Assembly (NCBI GenBank): GCA_018241265.1
Contig: JAFEEF010000069.1
Location: forward strand, 33,004-97,003
Origin: Pseudomonadota bacterium
Lineage (GTDB): Bacteria > Pseudomonadota > Gammaproteobacteria > Burkholderiales > Burkholderiaceae_C
Length of the DNA stretch: 64,000 nucleotides
Direction of reading: 5' to 3'
Positions 8,945 to 17,965 of this stretch are shown in pieces. The notes below the pieces were generated by a model, which did no database searches, had not been told where the DNA came from, and saw nothing but the letters and a program-made list of their open reading frames with translations. Position 1 is the stretch's first letter. Each line of letters opens with the position of its first letter. The position numbers were made by a program, and so were the translations under genes.

Positions 8945-9877
8945 ATGTGGCAACCCTGCACGAACTACCCCGACCCCGCGGTGCGCGTGCTGCACCCGAG
9001 CTTCGAGCGCTACCGGCTGCTGCTCGCCGGCGTCGAGCGCATCGCGACCGGCCTGCGCTGGGCCGAGGGACCGGTCTGGTTCGGCGACGGCCGCTACCTG
9101 CTCGTCAGCGACATACCGAACAACCGCATCCTGAAGTGGGACGAGGAGACCGGCGCGGTCGGCATCTTCCGCAAGCCTTCGGACCATGCCAACGGCCACA
9201 CGCGCGACCGCCAGGGCCGCCTCGTGAGCTGCGAGCACCAGACGCGCCGCGTCACGCGCACCGAATACGACGGCCGCATCACGGTGCTGGCCGACCGCTA
9301 TGACGGCAAGCGCCTGAACTCGCCGAACGACGTCGTCGTGAAGTCCGACGGCAGCGTGTGGTTCACCGATCCGGCGTTCGGCCTGACCGACTATGAAGGC
9401 GGCCGCGCAACGGCCGAACTGCCGCTCAACGTCTACTGCGTCGACGCGCAGAGCGGCGCCGTCGCCTGCGTCGCCGAGAACCTCGCCGGCCCGAACGGCC
9501 TCGCGTTCTCGCCCGACGAGACCCGGCTCTATGTGGTGCAGAGCCGCGCCCAGCCGCATCGCAACATCCTCGTCTACGACCTGACCGACGGCGGCCGGGC
9601 GATCGCGAACCCGCGCGTCTTCATCGACTGCGGGCCGGGCACGCCCGACGGCATCCGCTGCGACGAGGACGGCAACCTCTGGTGCGGCTGGGGCATGGGC
9701 GATCCGGAGCTCGACGGCGTGATGGTGTACTCGCCCGACGGCACGCGCATCGGCCAGATCCGCCTGCCCGAACGCTGCGCCAACCTGTGCTTCGGCGGAC
9801 GCCTGCGCAACCGGCTCTTCATGGCGGCGAGCCAGTCGGTGTATGCGCTCTACGTCAACACCCGCGGCGCGGCATGA
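8945..9877 (+). CDS. SMP-30/gluconolactonase/LRE family lactonase
   Basis: ATG 8945 (MWQPCTNYPDP). Beta-propeller lactonase signature blocks (NDVVVKSDGSVWFTD, GPNGLAFSPDE, PDGIRCDEDGNLW). Confidence 0.75.
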   Translation: MWQPCTNYPDPAVRVLHPSFERYRLLLAGVERIATGLRWAEGPVWFGDGRYLLVSDIPNNRILKWDEETGAVGIFRKPSDHANGHTRDRQGRLVSCEHQTRRVTRTEYDGRITVLADRYDGKRLNSPNDVVVKSDGSVWFTDPAFGLTDYEGGRATAELPLNVYCVDAQSGAVACVAENLAGPNGLAFSPDETRLYVVQSRAQPHRNILVYDLTDGGRAIANPRVFIDCGPGTPDGIRCDEDGNLWCGWGMGDPELDGVMVYSPDGTRIGQIRLPERCANLCFGGRLRNRLFMAASQSVYALYVNTRGAA

Positions 9878-9893
9878 GATCGGAGACCGACGA

Positions 9894-11159
9894 ATGACGA
9901 TCAAGCTCGGATGCATCGCCGACGACTTCACCGGCGCGACCGACCTCGCGAGCAACCTCGTGCGCGCCGGCATGCGCGCGGTGCAGGCGATCGGCGTGCC
10001 GGACGGCGCGCCGCCGGACGATGCCGACACCGTCGTGGTCGCGCTGAAGTCGCGCACGATACCCGCGGCCGATGCCGTCGCGCAGTCGCTGGACGCGCTG
10101 CGTTGGCTGCGCGCGCATGGCGCCGAGCAGATCTACTTCAAGTACTGCTCGACCTTCGACAGCACGCCGGCCGGCAACATCGGACCCGTGGCCGAGGCGT
10201 TGATGCAGGCGCTCGGCTGCCCGTTCACGATCGCGACGCCGGCCTTTCCGGACAACCGCCGCACCGTCTTCAAAGGCCATCTCTTCGTCGGCGACGTGCT
10301 GCTGAACGAATCGGGCATGCAGCACCATCCGTTGACGCCGATGACCGACCCCAACCTCGTGCGCGTGCTGCAGGCGCAGTGCCGCGGCCGGGTCGGGCTG
10401 ATCGACCATCGCACGGTCGCCAAGGGCGCACCGGCGATCCACGAGCGCATGGCCGAACTGCAGCAGGCCGGGGTGTCGATCGCGATCGTCGATGCGCTCT
10501 CCAACGACGACCTGGTCCGGCTCGGCAAGGCACTGGCCGGACTGCCGCTGGTGACCGGCGGGTCGGGCGTCGCGATCGGCTTGCCGCAGAACTGGGGCAT
10601 GGCGCGCAAGCGCAGCGCCGAGGCATTGCCGGCGGCGCACGGCCGGCGCGCGATCGTCTCGGGCAGTTGCTCGGCCGCGACCCATCGCCAGGTCGCCGCC
10701 TTCATCGCCGCCGGCGGCGCCGCGCGGGCGCTCGATCCGCTGAAGCTCGACGACGCCGTCGATACGGCGCTCGCGTGGGCGGCGCCGCGGCTGGCCGACG
10801 GTCCGGTGCTCGTCTACTCGACCGCCGATGCCGCGCAGGTCAAGGCGGTGCAAGGCCGGCTCGGCGCGGCGCACGCCGGCGAGATGGTGGAGGCAGCGCT
10901 ATCGCGCATCGCGCGCGGCCTGGTCGACCTCGGCGCAAGGCAACTGCTCGTCGCCGGCGGCGAGACCTCGGGCGCCTGCGTGCAGGCACTCGCCATCAAG
11001 CAGTTGCGCATCGGCCCGCACATCGATCCCGGCGTGCCATGGTGCCATGCGACCAGCGCGGCGGCACCGGACGGGCTGCACGTCGCGCTGAAGTCCGGCA
11101 ACTTCGGGACCGACGACTTCTTCATGAAGGCGTTCGCGATGCTGGATCGGCCGCACTGA
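9894..11159 (+). CDS. otnK: four-carbon acid sugar kinase (3-oxo-tetronate kinase family, DUF1537/DUF2257)
   Basis: N-terminus MTIKLGCIADDFTGATDLA is diagnostic of the OtnK/PdxA2-associated kinase family. 17 bp after the lactonase gene. Confidence 0.75.
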   Translation: MTIKLGCIADDFTGATDLASNLVRAGMRAVQAIGVPDGAPPDDADTVVVALKSRTIPAADAVAQSLDALRWLRAHGAEQIYFKYCSTFDSTPAGNIGPVAEALMQALGCPFTIATPAFPDNRRTVFKGHLFVGDVLLNESGMQHHPLTPMTDPNLVRVLQAQCRGRVGLIDHRTVAKGAPAIHERMAELQQAGVSIAIVDALSNDDLVRLGKALAGLPLVTGGSGVAIGLPQNWGMARKRSAEALPAAHGRRAIVSGSCSAATHRQVAAFIAAGGAARALDPLKLDDAVDTALAWAAPRLADGPVLVYSTADAAQVKAVQGRLGAAHAGEMVEAALSRIARGLVDLGARQLLVAGGETSGACVQALAIKQLRIGPHIDPGVPWCHATSAAAPDGLHVALKSGNFGTDDFFMKAFAMLDRPH

Positions 11160-11160
11160 C

Positions 11161-11823
11161 ATGGACCTCGACACCGTCAGCGCCGAGATCTGCCGCATCG
11201 GCCGCTCGCTCTTCGAGCGCGGCCATGTGCACGCGACCGCCGGCAACATCAGCGTGAAGCTCGAAGGCGATGCGGGCTACGTGATCACGCCGACCGATGC
11301 CTGCCTCGGCTTCCTTGAACCGGATCGACTGGCCTGGGTCGGCGCCGACGGCACGCAGCGCCGCGGCGATCCGGCGAGCAAGACGCTCGCGCTGCACCGG
11401 CGCATCTATGCGAGCGACGCGCAGGCGCGCTGCGTGATCCACACGCACGGCACGCACCTCGTCGCGCTGACGCTCGCCGGCGTCTGGCGCAGCGACGACA
11501 TCGTGCCGCCGATCACGCCGTACTACGTGATGAAGGTCGGCCACGTGCCGCTGGTGCCGTACCACCGGCCGGGCGACCCGCAGGTCGCCGACCGCGTCGC
11601 GACGCTGATCGCCGAGGGCATACGCACCAACCGGCCGATCCGCGCGGTGATGCTCGACCGGCTCGGCCCGAACGTCTGGCACGACACGCCGGCGCGCGCG
11701 ATGGCGGTGCTCGAGGAGCTCGAGGAAACCGCGCGCCTGTGGTTGCTGAGCGGCCGCTCGGCCGCACCGCTCGAAGAGGCACGGATCGACGAGTTGCGCG
11801 CGGCGTTCGGCGCACGCTGGTGA
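11161..11823 (+). CDS. otnC: class II aldolase/adducin family protein, 3-oxo-tetronate 4-phosphate decarboxylase-like
   Basis: Class II aldolase fold motifs (HVHATAGNIS, VIHTHGTHLVAL). Starts 2 bp after the otnK stop. Confidence 0.7.
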   Translation: MDLDTVSAEICRIGRSLFERGHVHATAGNISVKLEGDAGYVITPTDACLGFLEPDRLAWVGADGTQRRGDPASKTLALHRRIYASDAQARCVIHTHGTHLVALTLAGVWRSDDIVPPITPYYVMKVGHVPLVPYHRPGDPQVADRVATLIAEGIRTNRPIRAVMLDRLGPNVWHDTPARAMAVLEELEETARLWLLSGRSAAPLEEARIDELRAAFGARW

Positions 11824-11972
11824 CCCGGCGCTTCAAGTTCGTCGTGCGCGCGGTCCCGACCTGACCGGGCGGCTGCGTCCGGATGTGTCGCGCCAGACAC
11901 ATCCGCTACAAACTCCGGAAGCATGGATCTCGAACAATCGCGCGGCCGCCGTCCTGCCGCCGAGGTCTCCGC

Positions 11973-14504
11973 ATGCGCCTGTCGTTCATCCTTGCCCTCG
12001 TGATGGGCCTCGTCGCCGGCACGGCGATCGCCGCCGAGCGCGCCCCGTTGCGCCCCGCCTCGTCGGCGCCCGCCGAAGATCCGAACGGCGCACGCGTCAT
12101 CGTCAAGTACAAGGCGCTCGGCAGCCTGATGAAAGCGCTCGCCGCGAGCGGCCGGACGCGTGGCCCGCAGGCCGCCGCCACGCTCGGGCAACGCAGCGGC
12201 CTCAGCCTCAGCGACGGCCACATCATCGGCCCGCGCACGCAGGTGATCCGCGGCGACAGGAGCCTGACCTCGGCCGCGCTGGCCGCCCGGCTGGGCGCCG
12301 ATGCCGACGTCGAATACGCCGTGCCCGACCTGCGCCGCCATGCACTGGCGGTACCCGACGATCCGCTGTATGCCGCCAGTTCGAGCATCTCGCCGACGGT
12401 CGGCCAGTGGTACCTGCAGGCGCCGAGCAGCTCGGCGGTCTCGGCCATCAATGCCCCCGGCGCCTGGAACTTCACGATAGGCGCGGCCAGCGTCGTCGTC
12501 GCCGACGTCGACACCGGCGTGCGCTTCGACCATCCCGATCTCGCGAGCAAGCTCTACGCCGGCCGCAACTTCGTCTCGACCGACGGCACCACCGGCGACG
12601 GCTGGAGCGCCGATGCGAGCGACCCCGGCGACTGGACCACCGCCGGCGAATGCGGCACCGGCGACGCCGCCACCGACAGCAGCTGGCACGGCACGCAGAC
12701 CTCCGGGCTGATCGGCGCGGCCACCGACAACGCGGTCGGCATGGCATCGATCGGCTACGACACCATGGTGCTGCCGGTGCGCGTGCTGGGACCGTGCGGC
12801 GGCTACGACTCCGACATCATCGCCGGCATGCTGTGGGCTGCGGGGCTCGCGCTGCCGGGCACCGATCCGAGCGTGCCGAGCAACCCGCATCCGGCGCAGA
12901 TCATCAACCTGAGCCTCGGCTCGAGCGGCAGCTGTCCGGCGTCGTATGCCGATGCGATCGCGCAGCTCACCGCAGCCGGCGTCGTCGTGGTGGCCGCGGC
13001 GGGCAACGACGAGGGCCTGGCGGTCGTCACGCCGGCCAACTGCAGCGGCGTGATCGCGGTGGCCGGGTTGCGCCAGGCCGGCACCAAGGTCGGCTATTCG
13101 GACATCGGCCCCGAGATCGCGCTGTCGGCGCCCGCCGGCAACTGCGTCAACACGACCGGCGCCTGCCTCTATCCGATCCTGTCGACGACCAACAGCGGCA
13201 CCACCACGCCGTCGAGCAACACCTACACCGACAGCAGCAATCCGTCCCTGGGCACGAGCTTCTCGACACCGCTGGTCGCCGGCACCGCCGCGCTGATGCT
13301 GGCGGCCAATCCGTCGCTGACGCCGGCCGAGGTGAAGAGCCTGCTGCAGAGTTCCGCCACGGCCTTTCCGACGACCAGCAGCGACGCCGGCGTCGTCGCC
13401 TGCCATGCGCCGAACGGCGTGACGCAGGACGAATGCATCTGCACCACGTCGACCTGCGGCGCCGGCATGCTGAACGCCGCGGCCGCCGTGGCCGCGGCTG
13501 CCGGCACGGCGCTGCCGACGGCCAGCATCTCCGCCTCGGCGACGACCGTCACCGCGGGCGGCACGGTGACGCTGGACGCGAGCGCATCGAGCGCGCCGAG
13601 CGGCCGCACGGTCGCGTCGTATGCGTGGAGCATCGCGAGCGGCAGCGGCATCGCGTCGTTCAGCGGCGCGACCGACAGCAAGACCGCGACGCTGGCGACG
13701 CATGAAGCCGGCAGCGTCACGGTGGAACTGACGGTGACCGACAGCAGCGGCGCTCAGGCGACCAAGACGCTGGCGGTCACGGTCCATGCCGCCGCGGCGC
13801 CGACCGTCAGCGTGACGGCGTCGGCGACCGTCGTCGGCGCCGGCACGCCGGTGACCTTCGACGGCGCCGACTCGACCGCCGCGAGCGGCCTGACGATCGC
13901 CTCCTATGCCTGGACGATCGCTAGCGGCGCAACGCTCGCGTCGTTCACGTCGGCGACCGACGAGAGCACGGCCGGCGTCGCCACCACGGCGGCCGGCAGC
14001 GGCACGTTCACGGTGACATTGACCGTCACCGACAGCGCCGGCACATCCGCCAGCAAGAGCACGACGGTGACGGTCAACGCCGTGCAGCCGACCGCGAGCA
14101 TCAGCACGCCGGCCACCAGCGTCGCGGCCGGCAGCAGCGTGACCTTCGACGGCAGCGCATCGATCGCCGCCGGCGGCCGCACGATCGCGGGCTACCGGTG
14201 GGCGATCACCAGCGGCGCGACGATCGCGGCCTTCAGCGGCGGCACGACCGCCGCGCAGGCCAGCGTGACGACGAGCGGCGCCGGCAGCTTCACGGTGCAG
14301 CTCACCGTCACCGACAGCGCCGGCGTGAGCGCGACGCAGACCTCGACCATCACCGTGACGGCCGCGGCGACGGCGAGCAGCAGCACGACGTCGTCCTCGT
14401 CGTCATCGGGCGGCGGTGCGATCGGCGTCGAGTGGCTGGTGCTGCTGCTCGCGGCGCTGGCCGCGCTGGTCGCGACGCGCAAGTCGCGAGCGGCCCCGCG
14501 ATAG
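11973..14504 (+). CDS. secreted S8 family serine peptidase (subtilisin-like) with three PKD-like repeats and a GlyGly-CTERM-like C-terminal tail
   Basis: Signal peptide MRLSFILALVMGLVAGTAIAA. Catalytic triad contexts VADVDTGV (Asp), SWHGTQTSG (His), GTSFSTPLVAG (Ser). Three roughly 95-aa repeats. Tail SSGGGAIGVEWLVLLLAALAALVATRKSRAAPR. Confidence 0.8.
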   Translation: MRLSFILALVMGLVAGTAIAAERAPLRPASSAPAEDPNGARVIVKYKALGSLMKALAASGRTRGPQAAATLGQRSGLSLSDGHIIGPRTQVIRGDRSLTSAALAARLGADADVEYAVPDLRRHALAVPDDPLYAASSSISPTVGQWYLQAPSSSAVSAINAPGAWNFTIGAASVVVADVDTGVRFDHPDLASKLYAGRNFVSTDGTTGDGWSADASDPGDWTTAGECGTGDAATDSSWHGTQTSGLIGAATDNAVGMASIGYDTMVLPVRVLGPCGGYDSDIIAGMLWAAGLALPGTDPSVPSNPHPAQIINLSLGSSGSCPASYADAIAQLTAAGVVVVAAAGNDEGLAVVTPANCSGVIAVAGLRQAGTKVGYSDIGPEIALSAPAGNCVNTTGACLYPILSTTNSGTTTPSSNTYTDSSNPSLGTSFSTPLVAGTAALMLAANPSLTPAEVKSLLQSSATAFPTTSSDAGVVACHAPNGVTQDECICTTSTCGAGMLNAAAAVAAAAGTALPTASISASATTVTAGGTVTLDASASSAPSGRTVASYAWSIASGSGIASFSGATDSKTATLATHEAGSVTVELTVTDSSGAQATKTLAVTVHAAAAPTVSVTASATVVGAGTPVTFDGADSTAASGLTIASYAWTIASGATLASFTSATDESTAGVATTAAGSGTFTVTLTVTDSAGTSASKSTTVTVNAVQPTASISTPATSVAAGSSVTFDGSASIAAGGRTIAGYRWAITSGATIAAFSGGTTAAQASVTTSGAGSFTVQLTVTDSAGVSATQTSTITVTAAATASSSTTSSSSSSGGGAIGVEWLVLLLAALAALVATRKSRAAPR
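13521..14375 (+). repeat. three tandem coding repeats (period about 285 bp) encoding PKD/Ig-like domains inside the S8 peptidase gene
   Basis: Repeated protein blocks ASISASATTVTAGGTVTLDASAS... / VSVTASATVVGAGTPVTFDGADS... / ASISTPATSVAAGSSVTFDGSAS..., each ending ...TVTDSxG...T.TV.V. The DNA-level repeats are diverged. Confidence 0.7.
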
Positions 14505-14549
14505 GAGCCGGTGGCTCTCTATGTGGCGTCTTTGCGCGGCGTCTCGGCT

Positions 14550-14861
14550 TCAGGCCCGCTCCAGCGTGCAGTCGCAGCCGCTGCCGGCCGAGATCGCACG
14601 CCGCGCATAGCGCGCGACCAGGGGCGCCGACCAGCGCAGGCCCGCGGGCAGATGCTCCGCGGGCGCGGTGAGGAAGCCGCAGCGATAGGCATGCTCGTCG
14701 TCCGACCAGACGAGCGCCGCGCAGGCGCCATGCCTGCGGCCGGTCGCGAGGATGCCGAGCGGGCACGGCTCGCTCGCGCAGCACACGCCGCAGCCGTTGC
14801 AGGGCTGTCCCGGCAGCGGCTGGCCGGGCGCCTCGGCATGCAGGTGGATGACGCGGTGCAT
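14550..14861 (-). CDS. YkgJ-family (UPF0153) cysteine-cluster protein
   Basis: CNGCGVCC...EPCP cysteine cluster. Start taken at MHRVIHLH. Exact start coordinate is uncertain by 1 or 2 nt. Confidence 0.45.
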   Translation of the reverse strand: MHRVIHLHAEAPGQPLPGQPCNGCGVCCASEPCPLGILATGRRHGACAALVWSDDEHAYRCGFLTAPAEHLPAGLRWSAPLVARYARRAISAGSGCDCTLERA

Positions 14862-14983
14862 CCCTCGATCATCGCCCGCCGGCCCGGCGCCGGTCGGGCG
14901 AATACGCCCGCGCGACATCCCCAATTCGCGGTTGGCGTGCGCGCGCAAGAATGGCGGTCGCCACGACCGCCGGAGCGCAACGC

Positions 14984-15481
14984 ATGCCCGCCACCGCACC
15001 CATCACCGATACGAACCCGACCGTCGCCGAGATGGAGGCCAGGGTCGCGCGCTTCGCCCATCTGAAGCCGACGACGGACTACGTCGACGCCGGCATCCCG
15101 GGCTGCGAGCGCGCCACCTACCGCGTGATCGGCGCCGCGGCCGATGCGCCGCTCGCGGCCGAGAGCTTCCACTTGAACATGGTCTGCTGCGAGCCGGGCA
15201 AGTCGGCGCCGCTGCACAACCACCTGACGCAGGAGGTCTTCATCGTGCTGAACGGCGAGTGGGACGTGTTCTGGGGCCCGCAGGGCGCACGCAGCGTGAG
15301 GCTCGCCGCGCGGGACACGATCAGCATCCCGCCCGGCGTCTCGCGCGGCTTCCGCAATGTCGGGCAGGAAGCGGCCTGGCTGATCGGGATCGCCGGCGGG
15401 CGCGATCCGGGCATGATCAACTGGCCGGAACCGGTGCGGGCGGCGGCGCGCGCGGTCGGCGTGGAACTGCCGACGGCCTGA
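14984..15481 (+). CDS. cupin domain protein
   Basis: Cupin motifs PLHNHLTQEVFIVLNGEWDV and ISIPPGVSRGFRN. Start at MPATAPITD. The antisense 345-aa ORF is rejected. Confidence 0.6.
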   Translation: MPATAPITDTNPTVAEMEARVARFAHLKPTTDYVDAGIPGCERATYRVIGAAADAPLAAESFHLNMVCCEPGKSAPLHNHLTQEVFIVLNGEWDVFWGPQGARSVRLAARDTISIPPGVSRGFRNVGQEAAWLIGIAGGRDPGMINWPEPVRAAARAVGVELPTA

Positions 15482-15548
15482 CGCGGCGGAGCATCTCCCG
15501 CCGCGGGCAGAATGGCGGCGTCGCGGTACCAGAGGGAGATGGAGGGAG

Positions 15549-15884
15549 ATGGTCATGCAAGACGTCCGCTACGTCGTGATCCACACGCCCGGTCCGCGCT
15601 GGCAGGTCGGGCGGCCGATCTTCGAGCAGGAAGGCGTGCACGCGCACATCGAGCACTACCGCCGACTGCTGCAGGACGGCCGCCTCGAGCTGGGCGGCCC
15701 GTTTCTCGACATCGACGGCGGCGGCATGATGATCCCGGCGGCTGGTCTCGGCGAGCAGGAGATCACCGAGTTCGCCAACGCCGACCCGAGCGTCGCGTCC
15801 GGCCTGCTGCGTGCCGAGGTCCGGCCCTGGATGATCGGCATGCAGAAGGACAGCGCCGGATCGGCGCGAGCGACCAGACCATGA
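15549..15884 (+). CDS. YciI-like protein
   Basis: About 110 aa with the conserved His pair (HAHIEHYRRL) and ...DPSVASGLLRAEVRPW of the YciI/Dabb family. Confidence 0.55.
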   Translation: MVMQDVRYVVIHTPGPRWQVGRPIFEQEGVHAHIEHYRRLLQDGRLELGGPFLDIDGGGMMIPAAGLGEQEITEFANADPSVASGLLRAEVRPWMIGMQKDSAGSARATRP

Positions 15885-16267
15885 GCGTACGCATCGTCCG
15901 CCTCGGCACGGACCGTGTTGCCGATGAAGGCACCCGCATCGGCACCGTTCGTCGCCCGCCGCGCGGCGTGCCGAAGACCGAGTTCGCGCGGCAGAACTGG
16001 TACGACGTCTGGTTCCCGACGCTGGCGCCCAGCGTCGAGACGATGAAGCAGGCGCAGGCGGCCGAGACGCCGGCGCAATGGGCCGCGTTCAAGAAGCGCT
16101 TCCGCAGCGAGATGAAGGAGCCCGGCCCGTCCCATGCGCTCGACCTGCTGGCGACGCTGTCGCAGCAGGCCGACTTCTCGGTCGGCTGCTACTGCGAGGA
16201 CGAGTCGCATTGCCATCGCAGCGTGCTGCGCGAACTGCTCGCCGAGCACGGCGCGAAGATGGCTTGA
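15881..16267 (+). CDS. DUF488 family protein (YeaO-like)
   Basis: MSVRIVRLG start overlaps the upstream stop (ATGA). WYDVWFPTLAPS and CYCEDESHCHRSVLRELL are typical DUF488 blocks. Confidence 0.6.
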   Translation: MSVRIVRLGTDRVADEGTRIGTVRRPPRGVPKTEFARQNWYDVWFPTLAPSVETMKQAQAAETPAQWAAFKKRFRSEMKEPGPSHALDLLATLSQQADFSVGCYCEDESHCHRSVLRELLAEHGAKMA

Positions 16268-16340
16268 GCGTCCGATCGAGCCTGCAGCGCCGGCGTGCGG
16301 CGTTGCTGCCGCCGACGCCTGACCAGGATCGACCTTCACC

Positions 16341-16949
16341 ATGCCTCGTCTCTCCGAAGCACGCCTCGCGGCCGACGTCGCCGCGCTGCTGGCCGACGTT
16401 GCCGCGTGCCGTGCCTGCGCCGCCCACCTGCCGCACGAACCGCGGCCGGTACTGCAGTTCGATCCGGCGGCGCGCATCCTCATCGCTGCGCAGGCGCCGG
16501 GGCGCAAGGTGCACGAGACCGGCGTGCCGTTCAACGACGCGAGCGGCGACCGGCTGCGGCGCTGGCTCGGTCTGAGTCGCGACGAGTTCTACGACCCGAA
16601 GCTCGTCGCGCTCGTGCCGATGGCGTTCTGCTATCCGGGGCAGGGCGACAGCGGCGACCTGCCGCCGCGCCCCGAGTGCGCGCCGCGCTGGCATGCTGCA
16701 TTGCTCGGCCGCCTGAGCCGCTTGCAGCTCACGCTCGTGATCGGCAGCCATGCCCTCGCGTACCACCTGCCCGACGAGCGCGACGGCCTGACCGCAGCGG
16801 TCGAAGGCTGGCGCCGCCACTGGCCGGACGTCGTGCCGCTGCCGCACCCCAGCCCGACGAACAACCGCTGGTTCGCGCGCCATCGGTGGTTCGAGCAGGA
16901 GCTGGTGCCGCGGCTGCAGCAGCGCGTCGCCGAGGTTCGGCGGCGCTGA
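16341..16949 (+). CDS. uracil-DNA glycosylase superfamily protein (family 4/5-like)
   Basis: CxxC-containing N-terminal motif (CRACAAHLPHEPRPV) and C-terminal LPHPSP motif. Confidence 0.6.
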   Translation: MPRLSEARLAADVAALLADVAACRACAAHLPHEPRPVLQFDPAARILIAAQAPGRKVHETGVPFNDASGDRLRRWLGLSRDEFYDPKLVALVPMAFCYPGQGDSGDLPPRPECAPRWHAALLGRLSRLQLTLVIGSHALAYHLPDERDGLTAAVEGWRRHWPDVVPLPHPSPTNNRWFARHRWFEQELVPRLQQRVAEVRRR

Positions 16950-16988
16950 TCCGCGGTCCATGCGCCGCTGTCTCGGAGATCCACGGCG

Positions 16989-17393
16989 ATGAAAGTACAA
17001 GGCTCCTGTCACTGCCGGCGCATCACCTACGAAGGCGAGGTGGACCCGGCGCGCGTCACGCTGTGCAACTGCACCGACTGCCAGATGCTCACCGGCAGCG
17101 CGTTCCGCGTGTCGGTGCGCGCGCCGGCGGCGACGTTCCGGCTGCTGACCGGCACGCCGACCGGCTACGTGAAGATCGCCGACAGCGGCGAGCGGCGCCG
17201 CCATTCGTTCTGCCCGGACTGCGGCACGCCGGTCTATGCCACCGCCGACACGTCCGATCCTCCGGGCTATTCGCTGCGCGTCGGCTGCCTGGCCCAGAAG
17301 GCCGACCTGCCGCCGCGACAGCGCCTGTGGTGTATCTCGGCGCTCGAGTGGGCGCAGGACGTGAGCGACATTCCCGGCCTCGACAGGCAATAG
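16989..17393 (+). CDS. GFA family protein (glutathione-dependent formaldehyde-activating / CENP-V-like zinc protein)
   Basis: GSCHCRRITYE...CNCTDCQ...FCPDCGTPV cysteine pattern diagnostic of GFA. Confidence 0.7.
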   Translation: MKVQGSCHCRRITYEGEVDPARVTLCNCTDCQMLTGSAFRVSVRAPAATFRLLTGTPTGYVKIADSGERRRHSFCPDCGTPVYATADTSDPPGYSLRVGCLAQKADLPPRQRLWCISALEWAQDVSDIPGLDRQ

Positions 17394-17492
17394 CGCGACG
17401 CGCGGCGGGACGCACGGAATAAGCGATCGGATGCGGCGGTAGAGCAGGCAGGGACGCCTCGGCGCGCCCGCCCCGCCACGACCCGCATCGAC

Positions 17493-17888
17493 ATGAACGC
17501 CACGCTCCTCCTGCACCGTTCGCTGCGCATCGCCGCCGCCTTCGGCCTGTCCGCCCTGCTCGCACTCGACGCCCGCGCTGCCGGCGATGCCGACCGCGGC
17601 CAGGCGCTCTACCAGTCGCGCTGCGCGGCTTGCCACTCGATCGACTACAACGGCGTCGGGCCGGCGCACAAGGGCGTGTTCGGCCGCGAGGCCGGGCAGG
17701 CGACGGGCTTCGACTACTCGCCCGCGCTGAAGGCCTCGCACCTGATCTGGACCGAAGCCAACCTCGATCGCTGGCTCACCGACCCCGAGAAGCTCGTGCC
17801 GGGCCAGCGCATGAACTTCAGCGTGCCCGATGCGAAGGACCGCGCCGACCTGATCGCGTATCTGCAGAAGGCGGCGACGCCGAAGTAG
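17493..17888 (+). CDS. class I c-type cytochrome (cytochrome c2/c-552-like), periplasmic
   Basis: Signal peptide. Single heme motif CAACH. Distal Met region PGQRMNF. About 130 aa. Confidence 0.7.
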   Translation: MNATLLLHRSLRIAAAFGLSALLALDARAAGDADRGQALYQSRCAACHSIDYNGVGPAHKGVFGREAGQATGFDYSPALKASHLIWTEANLDRWLTDPEKLVPGQRMNFSVPDAKDRADLIAYLQKAATPK

Positions 17889-17965
17889 CGGGCGCGCCTG
17901 CGGCTGCCTTGGCCCGCTGCGGGCGTGGCGCAGAATCGCGGTCCTTGATCCACGACAAACACGCG

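Noticed and set aside
11523-13787. 754-aa minus-strand ORF antisense to the S8 peptidase
   Set aside because: Low-complexity RG-rich translation. The plus-strand frame contains the complete catalytic triad.
13521-14375. Regular about 285-bp periodicity that could suggest a CRISPR-like or satellite array
   Set aside because: The units are protein-coding PKD-like domains within one ORF, diverged at the DNA level, with no spacer/repeat architecture.
14519-15556. 345-aa minus-strand ORF spanning the YkgJ and cupin loci
   Set aside because: It is antisense to the cupin gene and has no motifs. The YkgJ gene is the shorter co-linear frame.
16089-17741. 550-aa minus-strand ORF across the UDG, GFA and cytochrome c genes
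   Set aside because: Antisense artefact of high GC. The plus-strand genes have clear family signatures.
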